The translations under genes and the position numbers were made by a program. Under the pieces are notes generated by a model. The model worked only from the letters and a program-made list of their open reading frames with translations. It made no database searches and had not been told where the DNA came from. Positions 47,843 through 58,617 of a stretch of 64,000 bases of DNA are shown one piece after another. Source of the DNA: Desulfobacterales bacterium (GTDB lineage: Bacteria > Desulfobacterota > Desulfobacteria > Desulfobacterales > UBA5852); the NCBI GenBank assembly GCA_963674755.2, contig CAXXVS010000002.1, positions 608,001-672,000 of the forward strand, written 5' to 3'. The stretch's first letter is position 1. Each line of letters opens with the position of its first letter.

Positions 47843-49234
47843 ATGAAGCAATTGGAATGGATTTTCATACAGCTTCTGCCGTCTGTGGGCTTCATCCTGG
47901 CCCTGGTCCTCCTTTCCCACATCCTCAAACAGCGGCGCTCGCCCACCAGCACCATCGCCTGGCTCATGGCCGTCATTTTCATCCCTTACATCGGTGTGCC
48001 GCTGTATATTCTTTTCGGCGGTCGCAAGATGGCCCGCAAGATGGCCTCCAAGCGCATGCTGCCCCAAACCTCATCGATCCAGCACGCCGGTCCGGGGCTC
48101 GAGCATCAACTGGCCTCCCTGGTCTATCGGGGAGGATTTCCCCCCACCCGGCGCAACCGCATCAAGTTGCTGCTATCGGGCGAGGATGCCTTCCACGAAA
48201 TGATGCGTCTGATCGAAAGCGCCGAATATGCCATCTATGTGGCCACCTTCATCCTGGGTAAGGGGCCCACGGGCCGGCAAATCATCGATACCCTGGCACG
48301 GCGGGCGGCCGAGGGCCTCCAGGTCTATCTCCTGCTGGACGCCCTGGGGTCGGTCAAAATCAACCGCCGTTTTCTGGCCCCTTTGCACCGGGCCGGCGGC
48401 CGGAGCGCTTTTTTCATGCCCATGTTCAACCTGCCTTTCAGGGGGCGGGCCAACCTGCGCAACCATCGCAAAATGGTGATCGTCGATCGAAGATCCGCCA
48501 TCGTGGGCGGGATGAATCTGGCCCATCAGTATATGGGACCCCGCCGGACCCGGGACCGCTGGCATGACATCTCCATGTGCGTGACAGGACCGGCTGCGAG
48601 CCAGGCCTTTGAAATCTTCCGCTCGGACTGGGAATTCGCGGCCAACGAACATATCACCAACCCGACCCCTTTCAGCGCCCTCATGGACATCACCGCCACA
48701 ACCGCCCTGCAATTCATGGCCAGCGGACCGGACGTGGAAAACGACGCCCTGCGGGAAGCCCTGCTGATCAGTCTTTTTCGGGCCCACCACCGGGTCTGGA
48801 TCGTAACGCCCTATTTCGTTCCTGATGATTTTCTTCTGGAAGGCCTGTGCATGGCGGCCCATCGGGGGGTGGACTTGCGTTTGATCATCCCCGAGCACTC
48901 CAATCACCGTCTGGCGGATTGGGCCCGGGAAGGTTATCTGTCGCAGCTGCAGGAGGCTGGCGCCCGGATTCATCTCTACATGCCCCGCATGCTGCACGCC
49001 AAAGCCCTCATTATCGACAACAGCGTCGCCCTGGTTGGTTCGGGCAATATGGATATGCGCAGCCTGCTGCTGAATTATGAGGTGGGGTTGTGCATTTATT
49101 CGGTTGACATCATCCGCCAGCTGGAAAAGTGGATGACGGGCCTGATGAAGGCCTGCCGGGAACGCCAGCCCCATCAAAGCCCCACTCTGACCCTGATCGA
49201 AGGCGTCAGCCGGTTGTTTGCCCCCCTGCTGTAG
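47843..49234 (+). CDS. cls: Cardiolipin synthase (PLD family)
   Basis: N-terminal TMs, two HxKxxxxD motifs (NHRKMVIVD, LHAKALIID) and TPYFVP. Confidence 0.9.
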   Translation: MKQLEWIFIQLLPSVGFILALVLLSHILKQRRSPTSTIAWLMAVIFIPYIGVPLYILFGGRKMARKMASKRMLPQTSSIQHAGPGLEHQLASLVYRGGFPPTRRNRIKLLLSGEDAFHEMMRLIESAEYAIYVATFILGKGPTGRQIIDTLARRAAEGLQVYLLLDALGSVKINRRFLAPLHRAGGRSAFFMPMFNLPFRGRANLRNHRKMVIVDRRSAIVGGMNLAHQYMGPRRTRDRWHDISMCVTGPAASQAFEIFRSDWEFAANEHITNPTPFSALMDITATTALQFMASGPDVENDALREALLISLFRAHHRVWIVTPYFVPDDFLLEGLCMAAHRGVDLRLIIPEHSNHRLADWAREGYLSQLQEAGARIHLYMPRMLHAKALIIDNSVALVGSGNMDMRSLLLNYEVGLCIYSVDIIRQLEKWMTGLMKACRERQPHQSPTLTLIEGVSRLFAPLL

Positions 49235-49481
49235 ATAGGGCCGGGATTGGGTCGCAGCGAAACATCAACGCGATCCCCTGGCCGGCGTCCCTCGTCGGAG
49301 GAGAGCTGCCCATCGGCTTGAATTCAAAAAAATCACGCTGAAAAAAGAGTTGAAAATAGACGCCGGCCATCCCGGGACAGCGGAGAACATGGGGAACGAC
49401 CGTCCCCGGATCGGGATCGGGCACGGCGGCGGGCCGCGGTGCCGTTGATCCCGATTCGAGAAGCGGGCTTAGGATGGGGGG

Positions 49482-49658
49482 TTAGACGACATCGCTCCCA
49501 GCCCGGCCGGGACGCTTGATCACCATCTGGTTTTGGCAATAGGGGCAGAAGACGATGGCGCAGTTGTGCTCATCGATGCAGGCTTCCGGAGGCAAGGACA
49601 ATACATAGGGGCCCTTGCCCTCATAGGAGCAGGTTTCGGTTGTGCAATAGTAGTCCAT
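49482..49658 (-). CDS. 58-aa Cys-rich (zinc-ribbon-like) small protein
   Basis: AAGAGGAG RBS; YYCTTETC...CIDEHNC..FCPYC. Confidence 0.6.
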   Translation of the reverse strand: MDYYCTTETCSYEGKGPYVLSLPPEACIDEHNCAIVFCPYCQNQMVIKRPGRAGSDVV

Positions 49659-49692
49659 GCTAAGCAATTCTCCTCTTGAATGGGACGGTCCG

Positions 49693-50223
49693 TCAGTGGC
49701 AGCCGCATCCGGAGTCATTCGACCCGCAGCCGCCCTCCGGCGCTCCGGAGGAGCAGTCGCAGTCGCAACCGCAGCCGGCGCTTTGGGTGGGAGCTTCGCT
49801 GATGCCGACCACTTCGATGTCGAAGGTCAATGATTGCCCCGCCAGGGGGTGATTGAGATCGACGGTAACACCTTCCTCATCCACGGCGATGATCCGGGCC
49901 GGAATCTGTTGGCCGTCCTGGGTGGTCAGTCCCACGGTCTGTCCCACCTGGGGATCCATTTCAGCCGGAATGTCGCTTCTTGCAAAGGTATGCTTGCGAT
50001 CCTCATCCACGTCACCGTAGGCCTCCTGGGGGGACAGGGTGAAGGTTTTCTTTTCGTTCAAGGCCATGCCCAGGAGGGCTTTCTCGAAGCCTGCGATCAA
50101 CTGGCCGGCGCCCATTTGAATTTCGAGGGGCGCACGGCCTTCGCTGCTGTCGAAGACCTGACCGTCCTGGAGCGTCCCTTTGTAATCCACACTGACATAC
50201 AAACCGTCACTGACTTTGTTCAT
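49693..50223 (-). CDS. slyD: FKBP-type peptidyl-prolyl isomerase (SlyD-like) with Cys-rich tail
   Basis: FDSS, LIAGFE, EAYG, DLNHPLAG and a GCGCDCDC...CGCH tail. Confidence 0.88.
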   Translation of the reverse strand: MNKVSDGLYVSVDYKGTLQDGQVFDSSEGRAPLEIQMGAGQLIAGFEKALLGMALNEKKTFTLSPQEAYGDVDEDRKHTFARSDIPAEMDPQVGQTVGLTTQDGQQIPARIIAVDEEGVTVDLNHPLAGQSLTFDIEVVGISEAPTQSAGCGCDCDCSSGAPEGGCGSNDSGCGCH

Positions 50224-50476
50224 GCAATCTCCTTTTACAAAATAATGATGAGAAAACCGTTAGCGGTTCCGAACAACATAAAGATAAATAATTGTAAGTC
50301 AAGACAAATAGTTAGATGTGAAGGCCGCACTTGCGGCATTAGGCGCCGGGTGTCGCCGTCTCCGGGTCAGATGGTCTGCCACCGATATTCGGAGGGGGAA
50401 TGGCCAGCGGATGGGATGAAAGGGATGCGGGAGGGGAGCGCATGGAGGGCCGGGAGGCACGCATCGGCGTTTGCCA

Positions 50477-51565
50477 TCAGTCGGCTTCCGTCTCATCCAG
50501 ATAGTGATGAAACGCGCTCATGGCCGTGATGTCATCCAACTGCGCCACCTTGCGGCGAAACGCGATGGCCTCCTGGAAATCCGGCTTAGCCATCAGGAGA
50601 TGCTCCTTGCGCGTGCCGGAGGCGTTGATGTTGATGGCCGGCCAAATCCGCTGCTCGGCACAGGCCCGGCTGAGCACCAGATCCATGTTGCCGGTGCCCT
50701 TGAACTCCTGAAAGATGACATCGTCCATGCGGCTTCCGGTATCCACCAGGATCGTGGCCACCACGGTCAGGGAGCCGCCCTTTTCGATATTGCGGGCCAT
50801 GCCGAAAATGCGGCGGGGCACGGTCAGGGCATTGGCGGCCAGTCCCCCGGATAATGTCCGGCCGTGGCTCTGGGTCTGACTGTTGAACGCCCGGGACATG
50901 CGGGTCAGCGAATCGATCAGCACCACGACATCCTTGCCGGTTTCGGCGCTGCGGCTGGCCGTGTTCATGGCGAGCCGGGTCATGCGCATGTGCTGCATGA
51001 CACTCTGGTCGGCGGAAGAGGACAGTACGCAGGCCCCCGGCAGGGCCCGCTTGAAATCGGTCACTTCCTCGGGGCGCTCGTCCACCAGCAGGATAAAAAG
51101 CTCGGCCTCGGGGTGATGGTGTTGGATCGAGGTGGCGATGTGTTTCAAGATAGTCGTTTTCCCGGATTTGGGCGGTGAGACGATCAAACCGCGCTGCCCT
51201 CTTCCGATGGGGACAAACATATCCAGGGCCTTTCCCACCCGGTCGTCCGGTCCCTGGCATATCTTAAATGATTCTGATGGATTGATGCTGATGAGCTCCT
51301 GCAATGATTTAAGTTTTGAATAGGACGCGAGGGGCAGTCCGTTAACGGTTTCGATGCGGGACAGCTTCAAATTCTTGTTTTTGCCGTTGCCCTTGACGCC
51401 GACCCCCTCGATGAGAACGCCTTCCAGCAGGTTGGCCTGTTTGATCAGATAGGCCGGCACAAAGGGGTCGGCAGGCGCAGCCTCAAAATTGTTTTCGATG
51501 GTGCGCAGAAAACCGAACCCTTTATCCAGTATTTCCAAATAACCCTGAACAGGCTTCAATGGCAT
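50477..51565 (-). CDS. rho: Transcription termination factor Rho, short form
   Basis: [34 protein letters not shown] and EFKGTGN. Confidence 0.88.
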   Translation of the reverse strand: MPLKPVQGYLEILDKGFGFLRTIENNFEAAPADPFVPAYLIKQANLLEGVLIEGVGVKGNGKNKNLKLSRIETVNGLPLASYSKLKSLQELISINPSESFKICQGPDDRVGKALDMFVPIGRGQRGLIVSPPKSGKTTILKHIATSIQHHHPEAELFILLVDERPEEVTDFKRALPGACVLSSSADQSVMQHMRMTRLAMNTASRSAETGKDVVVLIDSLTRMSRAFNSQTQSHGRTLSGGLAANALTVPRRIFGMARNIEKGGSLTVVATILVDTGSRMDDVIFQEFKGTGNMDLVLSRACAEQRIWPAININASGTRKEHLLMAKPDFQEAIAFRRKVAQLDDITAMSAFHHYLDETEAD

Positions 51566-51790
51566 CCTCTCCTATGATTCCCGTTGGCTTGGTTGATGAC
51601 AAGGAGCGCTGTCAAAAACCATGCGGTATGTGTACAGAACGTGTCCCGGGTGCCTCTTTCGCCGGCGCCGGCTGATGATAGCCCGGCAGTGGTTTGCACA
51701 GGACGGTAAGAATGCCGTCGGCCGCCCCGCTTGGGGCCGCCTTTTCAATGATCCGACCCCATTGGCATAGGTGCGGAATGTCTCTTGCGG

Positions 51791-52957
51791 TCATCCGCAG
51801 ACGGTCGGAGGGCGGTCCGCCGGGCGCTGCTTGAGCTGTGCCAGGGATTCCAGCAGGGCGTCATAGTGGTCGATCATGTTGTCCCAGGCGTAACATCCCA
51901 TGGCTTGGGCGAGCTGAGCGCGCAGCGCGTGGTACTCATTGAACCGCACCAGCAAACGGCGCAGTCGGGCGATCAGGTCTTCCTGATCCTGATACAAAAC
52001 ATGGGGGTGGAAGCTCTCCGGGATGACTTCCGGATAGGCCAACCGTTGCGGCAGCAAGGGGAAACACCCGAACCGCACGGCTTCGACAACGGAAATACCG
52101 AAGTTTTCCTGCTGGGCGGTGCTGACAACGACGGCTCCCTGTTTGAGCCAGTCGACATACGCCGCCCGGGAGGTCACGTGCCCGTACTGCAGAATTCTGG
52201 TGCCGAAGCGCTTGCGGGCATGAATAAAGACCTTGGGTACGGTTTGGCAGTTTTCGCCCAGAAGTGCAAGGCGAAAATCCACGCCCTGGTCGGCAACGGC
52301 TTCCAGGGCGTTGAAAAATAGTTCGGGATTCTTGTCGAATTCCCAGCGGTGATTCCAGATAATCAAGGGGGCCTGCGTCCTATTGCCTTCGGGCAGCGGG
52401 TGATCGTTGGCCGGAATGCGGCAGCCGGGATAGAGAACATCGGCTTTGGACCGGATGGCGTTGACGACCCATTTCGGGCGGTGCTCCGGCATCATCTTTA
52501 AAAATACCGGCAGGCCGTCGAAAAACGCTTCGCAATGGGTGCGCGAGTTGAATCGGATGCGATCGGCGGCCAGGGCTGTCGTGATGTCCGTGAAGCCGAA
52601 CTGATAATCCATTTGTTCGCCTGGTGCCAGGGGATAGGTGAGCTGATTTTCATGGAAATAGACCAGGACCGGCGGGCAGCCCTGGCCGGCCAGGGCTTTG
52701 AAATCCGTCAGGCTCAACAGGTCGGTGACAATCAGCCCGTCGTAGCGGTCAAGCGGAGGCGCTTTTTTGATAAAGTGCAGGGCCGCCCCCCGCATGCGCC
52801 ATTTCCAGAAGCGGGCCGGCAGGGTCACCAGATCGATGGCATGGCGCGAGTGGGCAATCAGGCCGTCGGCGAAGTCCTTATGGGATCCGCCGTAGAAGGA
52901 CTCCAGAAATAGAAAGCGTTTTTGACGGGCCAAAGGAACTCCTCGAGTGGTCTGCAA
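51791..52957 (-). CDS. DUF3524/GT4 glycosyltransferase (GTDC1/QTMAN-like)
   Basis: FYGGSH, WKWRMRG, YFHENQLTYP, WNHRWEFDKNP and ENFGISVVEA. Confidence 0.85.
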   Translation of the reverse strand: MQTTRGVPLARQKRFLFLESFYGGSHKDFADGLIAHSRHAIDLVTLPARFWKWRMRGAALHFIKKAPPLDRYDGLIVTDLLSLTDFKALAGQGCPPVLVYFHENQLTYPLAPGEQMDYQFGFTDITTALAADRIRFNSRTHCEAFFDGLPVFLKMMPEHRPKWVVNAIRSKADVLYPGCRIPANDHPLPEGNRTQAPLIIWNHRWEFDKNPELFFNALEAVADQGVDFRLALLGENCQTVPKVFIHARKRFGTRILQYGHVTSRAAYVDWLKQGAVVVSTAQQENFGISVVEAVRFGCFPLLPQRLAYPEVIPESFHPHVLYQDQEDLIARLRRLLVRFNEYHALRAQLAQAMGCYAWDNMIDHYDALLESLAQLKQRPADRPPTVCG

Positions 52958-53271
52958 TACAACGGTTGTGCAGGATTGTCAGAAGGTTTCTGTCCATAAA
53001 TGGTCGCTCTTGGCTTTTCCGGCAAGGCCCGCACACATTTTCCCGCTTAGCGGAACTTCCCGGAGGGTCGATTCCGACTGGTGGGTGTCAACCGGAGGAA
53101 TCGTCCGCTATGTTGAGGATTGAAAACAAGCGCGGACGCCGCCGGAGGTCAAAAGTTGCCGTTTACGGGTGGTGTCCTGCGACGCGGACTTCATAGCATC
53201 ACGAAAAAGCTATTGACAGGAAAAATAAAATCGATAATGAATGGGATCGTTATCAACGCCGGGAGAACCCC

Positions 53272-53352
53272 ATGCCCTTATTCGGCATCAGCACAGCAAT
53301 GGTTGCAGGACGCTTCTTTTTTAGCTTTAGAGGCGTTCATCCGGCGTCGTAA
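53272..53352 (+). CDS. Phe-rich attenuator leader peptide (MPLFGISTAMVAGRFFFSFRGVHPAS)
   Basis: GGAGA RBS; FFFSF cluster; lies directly upstream of a terminator and aroF-pheA. Confidence 0.75.
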   Translation: MPLFGISTAMVAGRFFFSFRGVHPAS

Positions 53353-53409
53353 CCCTTAAAATTACGCCCCGGGTGGACATCAGGATCCACTCGGGGTTTA
53401 AATACCTGC

Positions 53410-53444
53410 AAGCCCCGAGATGAAAATCTCGGGGCTTTTTTTTT
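53410..53444 (+). terminator. Attenuator terminator of aroF-pheA
   Basis: AAGCCCCGAGAT-GAAA-ATCTCGGGGCTT followed by a T-run. Confidence 0.88.
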
Positions 53445-53481
53445 GCAGGTTTTGATTAACTCTCCAATAGAGGATGAAGGC

Positions 53482-54324
53482 ATGAAGAACTTGAAACTGG
53501 CCTCGCGTGAAAGGGAGGAACGAACGGTTATCCAAGTCGGCGATGTGGCTTTCGGCCGGGATTTTGTCGTCATGGCGGGCCCCTGCAGTGTCGAAAGCGA
53601 AATGCAGACCCTGGAAGCCGCCCGGGCCGTCAAGGCGGCCGGCGCCGATATTCTGCGGGGCGGCGCTTTTAAACCGCGAACCTCGCCGTATTCCTTTCAA
53701 GGGCTGGGATTGCAGGGGCTCAAAATCCTGGACAAAGCCCGCCGGGAGACCGGACTGCCCATTGTCACCGAGGTGCTCGACCCGCGGGATGTTTCCTGGG
53801 TGGCCGAGTTTGCCGATATTTTGCAGATCGGCACCCGCAACATGCAGAACTTTTCCCTGCTCAAGGAGGTGGGCACCACGCAACTGCCGGTCCTGCTCAA
53901 ACGGGGGATGTTTTCCACCCTGGAGGAATGGCTCAACTGTGCGGAATACATCCTGAGTGAAGGCAATCCCAATGTCATCCTTTGCGAGCGGGGGATCCGG
54001 ACTTTTGAAAACTATACCCGCAACACCCTGGATCTCAGTGCGGTTCCGGCCATCAAAGAACTGACCCATTTGCCCATCGTGATCGACCCCACCCACAGCA
54101 CGGGCCGGCTCAGCCTGATTCCCCCCATGAGCCTGGCGGCCGTGGCGGCCGGGGCCGACGGCCTGCTGATCGAGGTCCACCATGATCCTGCCCAGGCGCT
54201 TTGTGATGCCGACCAGGCCTTAACCCCCCGGCACTTTGAGACGCTCATGCGGCAATTACGGCCGCTGCATGGGTTTATGCGAACGTTGGCCGATGAAACC
54301 GCAAAGACCGCCGCGACGGCCTAA
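53482..54324 (+). CDS. aroF: DAHP synthase (type I-beta, lacking the N-terminal regulatory domain)
   Basis: [41 protein letters not shown] and DPTH. Confidence 0.93.
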   Translation: MKNLKLASREREERTVIQVGDVAFGRDFVVMAGPCSVESEMQTLEAARAVKAAGADILRGGAFKPRTSPYSFQGLGLQGLKILDKARRETGLPIVTEVLDPRDVSWVAEFADILQIGTRNMQNFSLLKEVGTTQLPVLLKRGMFSTLEEWLNCAEYILSEGNPNVILCERGIRTFENYTRNTLDLSAVPAIKELTHLPIVIDPTHSTGRLSLIPPMSLAAVAAGADGLLIEVHHDPAQALCDADQALTPRHFETLMRQLRPLHGFMRTLADETAKTAATA

Positions 54325-54364
54325 CCGGCCGAAGCCATACGGCATGCAATGATGAGGAGACCCC

Positions 54365-55429
54365 ATGAAACTAGATGAAATTCGGTACAAGATCGATCGG
54401 ATCGACCGCGAACTCCTGGTGCTGTTGCAGGAGCGCATGGGACTGGCCCTGCGTTCGAAGAAGTTCAAAGAAGTCGTCAGCGATCCCGGACGGGAAGAGG
54501 ACCTGCTGGCCCGCGCGGAGCGCCTGAATCTGGATTTGGTGGAACGTTCTTTTACGCGTCAGCTGCTCCAGACGATCATTCAGGAGAGCAAGCGGCTCCA
54601 GGAAGAGGACCGCAGACTGGTCGCTTTCCAGGGGGAGCACGGCGCCTATGGCGAAGTGGCATCGCGCCAACTGGTTTCCAACGGCGCCTATATTCCCTGC
54701 CTGGAATTCGTGGATGTCTTCCGCGGGGTGGAAGCGGGTGATCTCGACCTGGGGGTGGTTCCGGTGGAAAATTCGCTGGAGGGGGCGGTAACCCAGGTCA
54801 ACGATCTGCTTACGACAACCCGCCTGAAGGTCATCGGCGAAATCAAAGTGCCGGTCAAACACTGCCTGCTGGCCACGCGGGGCACCGACTATCGGGAGAT
54901 CCGCGTGGTTTATTCACATCCCCAGGCCCTGGCTCAATGCCGGGGGTTTCTGATGCGCAACAAACTGGAACCCCACCCTTTTTACGACACGGCCGGCGCC
55001 GCCAAAATGCTGGCCCGGGAGAGCCCCAAGGCCTCGGCAGCCATTGCCAGCCGGCTGAGCGCCGAACTCTACGACCTGGATATCATCAAGGAAGGCATTG
55101 AAGACGGCTCCTCCAACTCCACCCGTTTTTTGCTTCTGTCACGGGACTCCTATCCTGGTAAAGGGGATAAGACCTCGATCATTTTTGCCGTCCCCCATGA
55201 AGCCGGTCAGCTATACGACGTATTGCGTCTGTTTGCCGAGGCCGATATCAACCTGACGCGCATCGCCTCCATGCCCCGGCGATCCGATCCCGGCAATTAC
55301 AGCTTCTTTCTCGATTTCGAGGGAGCCCTGCAGGATGAAAAGGTCGCGAACGTGATGGCCAGGATGGAGGAGCTGGCCATCGGTATGAAAGTGCTGGGGA
55401 GCTACCCGGCGGACAGCTCATCCCAATAG
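54365..55429 (+). CDS. pheA: Chorismate mutase/prephenate dehydratase
   Basis: N-terminal CM domain (IDRIDRELL), PVENSLEG, SHPQALAQC, NSTRF and an ACT domain. Confidence 0.93.
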   Translation: MKLDEIRYKIDRIDRELLVLLQERMGLALRSKKFKEVVSDPGREEDLLARAERLNLDLVERSFTRQLLQTIIQESKRLQEEDRRLVAFQGEHGAYGEVASRQLVSNGAYIPCLEFVDVFRGVEAGDLDLGVVPVENSLEGAVTQVNDLLTTTRLKVIGEIKVPVKHCLLATRGTDYREIRVVYSHPQALAQCRGFLMRNKLEPHPFYDTAGAAKMLARESPKASAAIASRLSAELYDLDIIKEGIEDGSSNSTRFLLLSRDSYPGKGDKTSIIFAVPHEAGQLYDVLRLFAEADINLTRIASMPRRSDPGNYSFFLDFEGALQDEKVANVMARMEELAIGMKVLGSYPADSSSQ

Positions 55430-55692
55430 GGGAAGGTGAGGCGGTTTTTTGGCCGGCGATCACATCGCCCTCCGCCGGCCAAGGCCGCCGTGATTTGTTC
55501 CGCATTGCGGGACTTCCCGCCTGATTCAACCCCGCTGGGGGTGGAAGCCGGAGGCGTGGACCGGTTACGGCGAGGATTCCCGAAGCGCGAGAACGCCGGC
55601 TTGCCCGCCAGAGGTGGCTTGATCCCCATTCGGGGACTCGGCCCACCGGCGGCGGGCCGGGGCCGCAAGATGCCATTTATGGATGGGCACTG
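55430..55692. repeat. MITE/REP-like dispersed repeat, copy F (long form, inverted)
   Basis: CAAGGCCGCCGTGATTTG...GATCCCCATTCGGGGACTCGGCCCA...AAGATGCCATTTATGGATGGGCAC between convergent genes. Confidence 0.75.
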
Positions 55693-55758
55693 ACGGATGT
55701 TTGGACCTTGAAGAAATACTCGCCGGGACGTGGCAGGGCCCACCGCCCGGCGCTCAGG

Positions 55759-56979
55759 TCAGGTGGGACGATGTCCGGCCGTGTTGGATTCGCCGGGAGA
55801 TGCTTCGGCCGCCTTGTCGCCGGCGTTTTCCGGCAGGGTGGGGGACCGGGGCGTCAACAGCGATTTAAATTGCCCGGGATCCTCCCGGTAGATGCGGATC
55901 GCCGATAAGAGTCCCAGTTCGTCGACCACGGCAATCCCCCGGTCCAGAAACCGGTATTTCTCGAATTGCTTGCGTTCGGCGAAGGCGCGCTCGATATCGG
56001 CGCTTGCATCGCCTTCCAAAAAACGGTCCAGTACCCCGGGGAGCAGCGCGCTGACCAGTCCTCCCACGGCGGCTTCTTCGACAGCCATCCACTCCTCGAC
56101 CACCGCTTCGATATCGGCCCGTGAGTCCGGCGGGCAGCGGCTCAGCCGGTTCTTGATCGCTTCTTCCGTCGTCCCCCGCAGGCTGATATGCAGGGTTTCT
56201 TCGATCGGTGCGATGAAGACGTTGAGCGGGTTGGCGGCACTGTCACGCCAAATCGTATAGGGATTGTGCTCGAAGGAATAGAGGGCGCCGTCGTTGATAA
56301 CAAGATAAGACGAGTAGGAGCCGATTTCGCCGAGATAGACCCGATTGTCCAGCTTGATCCTGACGCTGTGGTTTGTATTTGCCGCATCAAAAAAAGCATA
56401 TTCTTCGGTATAGACATCGGCAATGTTGTGCACCAGATAGGCCGTTATACCCTCTCTCCAGGGAAGTTCCGGCGTTGCCGGAGGGCTTCTCAGGGTAGCG
56501 ATGGTCCGATAAGGATTGGGCAGGGCGGTCGCCTGCAGCACATAGTCCACCACCGACCGGCAGTAGCTTTCAAAAAGGGTGGCATAGGCATCCTGGTTTT
56601 CCGGCACCACCATCAGGTGTTGGGTCGCGTCGACCAGGCGCCATCGAAGCGCTTCACTGTTCAGCTCGGTTCGAATCTTCCCCAGGAGCGCTTCATTCTG
56701 GCTGATGAAATCCCGGTTCTCGCGGCTGAGGTCCGCGTCGATGTCCTGGCCGGTCTGGCGGAACTCAACCAGCGGCCCCTTGCGATCCTCCATCTGGATG
56801 AAATCCAGCAGCATGGCATAATTCGGTGATGCTTCGGGCGGGTTGCCGGCGAGGGCCGCTGCTGTCCGCACGAGCAAGACGGCAATCAAGGCCGCCCAAA
56901 AGGGCAGGTGCCCTGCGGGGGAGCGCCTGTGCCCGTGTCCGACGGTTGAAAAGGTTGCATGTGAAAAGACGATCATCAT
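55759..56979 (-). CDS. Hypothetical exported protein (start uncertain)
   Basis: Long ORF with a signal-like hydrophobic segment ending AALA; no recognised family. Confidence 0.65.
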   Translation of the reverse strand: MMIVFSHATFSTVGHGHRRSPAGHLPFWAALIAVLLVRTAAALAGNPPEASPNYAMLLDFIQMEDRKGPLVEFRQTGQDIDADLSRENRDFISQNEALLGKIRTELNSEALRWRLVDATQHLMVVPENQDAYATLFESYCRSVVDYVLQATALPNPYRTIATLRSPPATPELPWREGITAYLVHNIADVYTEEYAFFDAANTNHSVRIKLDNRVYLGEIGSYSSYLVINDGALYSFEHNPYTIWRDSAANPLNVFIAPIEETLHISLRGTTEEAIKNRLSRCPPDSRADIEAVVEEWMAVEEAAVGGLVSALLPGVLDRFLEGDASADIERAFAERKQFEKYRFLDRGIAVVDELGLLSAIRIYREDPGQFKSLLTPRSPTLPENAGDKAAEASPGESNTAGHRPT

Positions 56980-57522
56980 ATTGCCTTCAGGGAGCGGCGG
57001 TGCCGGATTTCGGAGTGGATCCGATCGTTTTAGGTTAAAGGAAAGCAATAAACAGGCCAGGGTCCGCTGCAAGTGTTCTTTTGCGTTTGATGTTATGGCA
57101 AAACCTAAAAAAATAAATAATATCAATAAGTAAAAATGTAAAAAGAATGCTGTGCGCACGTTCTGGCGCCAAGGAGAAGACCGTGTGCGCTGATTGAGAC
57201 AAATCTTTAAAAGTGATTTTGACGGACTACGTCATATCGCTGTCGAAAATTGTCAGTTTAGCGCGGCGCCGGGCCGCGATTGATCGGAGGCCTGGCGTGA
57301 CCAAAAAGGCGGGGGCGATGTCGATCGTATCCGGACAGCTTGAACCCGGCCGCCGATGCGCTTACGGTCGACATGCCGGACATGGGGAGACAGCGGGTGA
57401 TCATTATGGTAATGTCCCGCTCCGATTACGGACGATTTGTAAAAAGCAATAACGGCGTTACGCTTTATCCCTCGTGGTCTCACGGGTGAAAATCCTTTGA
57501 CCAACGGTACGGAATGTAACCG

Positions 57523-58617
57523 ATGACCATAAGACTATTGGAAATGACCTATCCGGACCTGACAGAGACCCTTGCCGAGCGCTATGGCAAAGGCCCTTTC
57601 CTGGCCGGAGCCCTTTACCGGTCATTTTATAAAGAACTCAATCCCCACGCCTGGCAGGCGCCCGCCATCCAGGCCTCGCCGGGGCTTGGGGAATGCCTGC
57701 AGCAGACGATGGCCTTTGAGCCCGGGGAGGTCGTGGATGAGGTCGACCAGGAGGGCGTCATCAAATTTGTCACCGCCTTGCAGGACGGTCATCGGATCGA
57801 ATCCGTGATCCTGCCCATGGAAACCCATTTGACCATCTGTGTTTCCAGTCAGGCCGGGTGCCGCATGGGATGCCGGTTTTGCGAAACAGGCCGCCTGGGC
57901 CTCCTGCGGCAGCTTACCGTAGAGGAAATCGTCGGACAGGTCTATCAGGCCCGTAGACGGTTTGGCGCCCGGATTCGCAATGTGGTGTTCATGGGGATGG
58001 GCGAACCGTTCGATAATTTTGATGCGGTGCTCCAGGCGGTTCGCGTTTTAAGCGACCAGCGCGGTCTTGACATTGCCCAGCGCTATATTACCGTTTCGAC
58101 GGCCGGACACATCGCGGGGATCGAAAAGCTGGCCTCCCTGGACATGCCGCATCTCAAACTGGCGGTTTCGCTCAACGCCCCCAATGATGCGCTTCGCTCG
58201 CAATTGATGCCCATCAATCGGACGACCAACCTGGCACAGCTTCAGGCCAGCCTCATGCGCTTTCCACTAAAAAAAGGCCATGAACTGATGATTGCCTATG
58301 TGCTGATCCCCGGCGTGAATGACACTGTGGAATGCGTCCAACAACTGGCGCGCTGGTTGGTGCCCCTGAAAGCCAAGGTCAATTTGATTCCCTTCAATCC
58401 CGGTACCCGGAGCCCCTATCGGTCGCCGACCGAAGCGGAACTGGCGCGTTTCCGCCGGCAACTGATCGATCTGGCGGTGAACGTCCAGAAACGGGCCTCC
58501 CGGGGCCGTGATCTCATGGCAGCCTGCGGACAGCTGGGAAAGGCCTGCGAGAAGCGAATTGTCCCTGCCGGCGAGGGGAAATCCACCACAGGAAGCAGGA
58601 CATGCCATGGACGCTGA
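57523..58617 (+). CDS. rlmN: Dual-specificity RNA methyltransferase RlmN (radical SAM)
   Basis: CVSSQAGCRMGCRFC, FMGMGEP, VNLIPFN and AACGQL. Confidence 0.92.
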   Translation: MTIRLLEMTYPDLTETLAERYGKGPFLAGALYRSFYKELNPHAWQAPAIQASPGLGECLQQTMAFEPGEVVDEVDQEGVIKFVTALQDGHRIESVILPMETHLTICVSSQAGCRMGCRFCETGRLGLLRQLTVEEIVGQVYQARRRFGARIRNVVFMGMGEPFDNFDAVLQAVRVLSDQRGLDIAQRYITVSTAGHIAGIEKLASLDMPHLKLAVSLNAPNDALRSQLMPINRTTNLAQLQASLMRFPLKKGHELMIAYVLIPGVNDTVECVQQLARWLVPLKAKVNLIPFNPGTRSPYRSPTEAELARFRRQLIDLAVNVQKRASRGRDLMAACGQLGKACEKRIVPAGEGKSTTGSRTCHGR

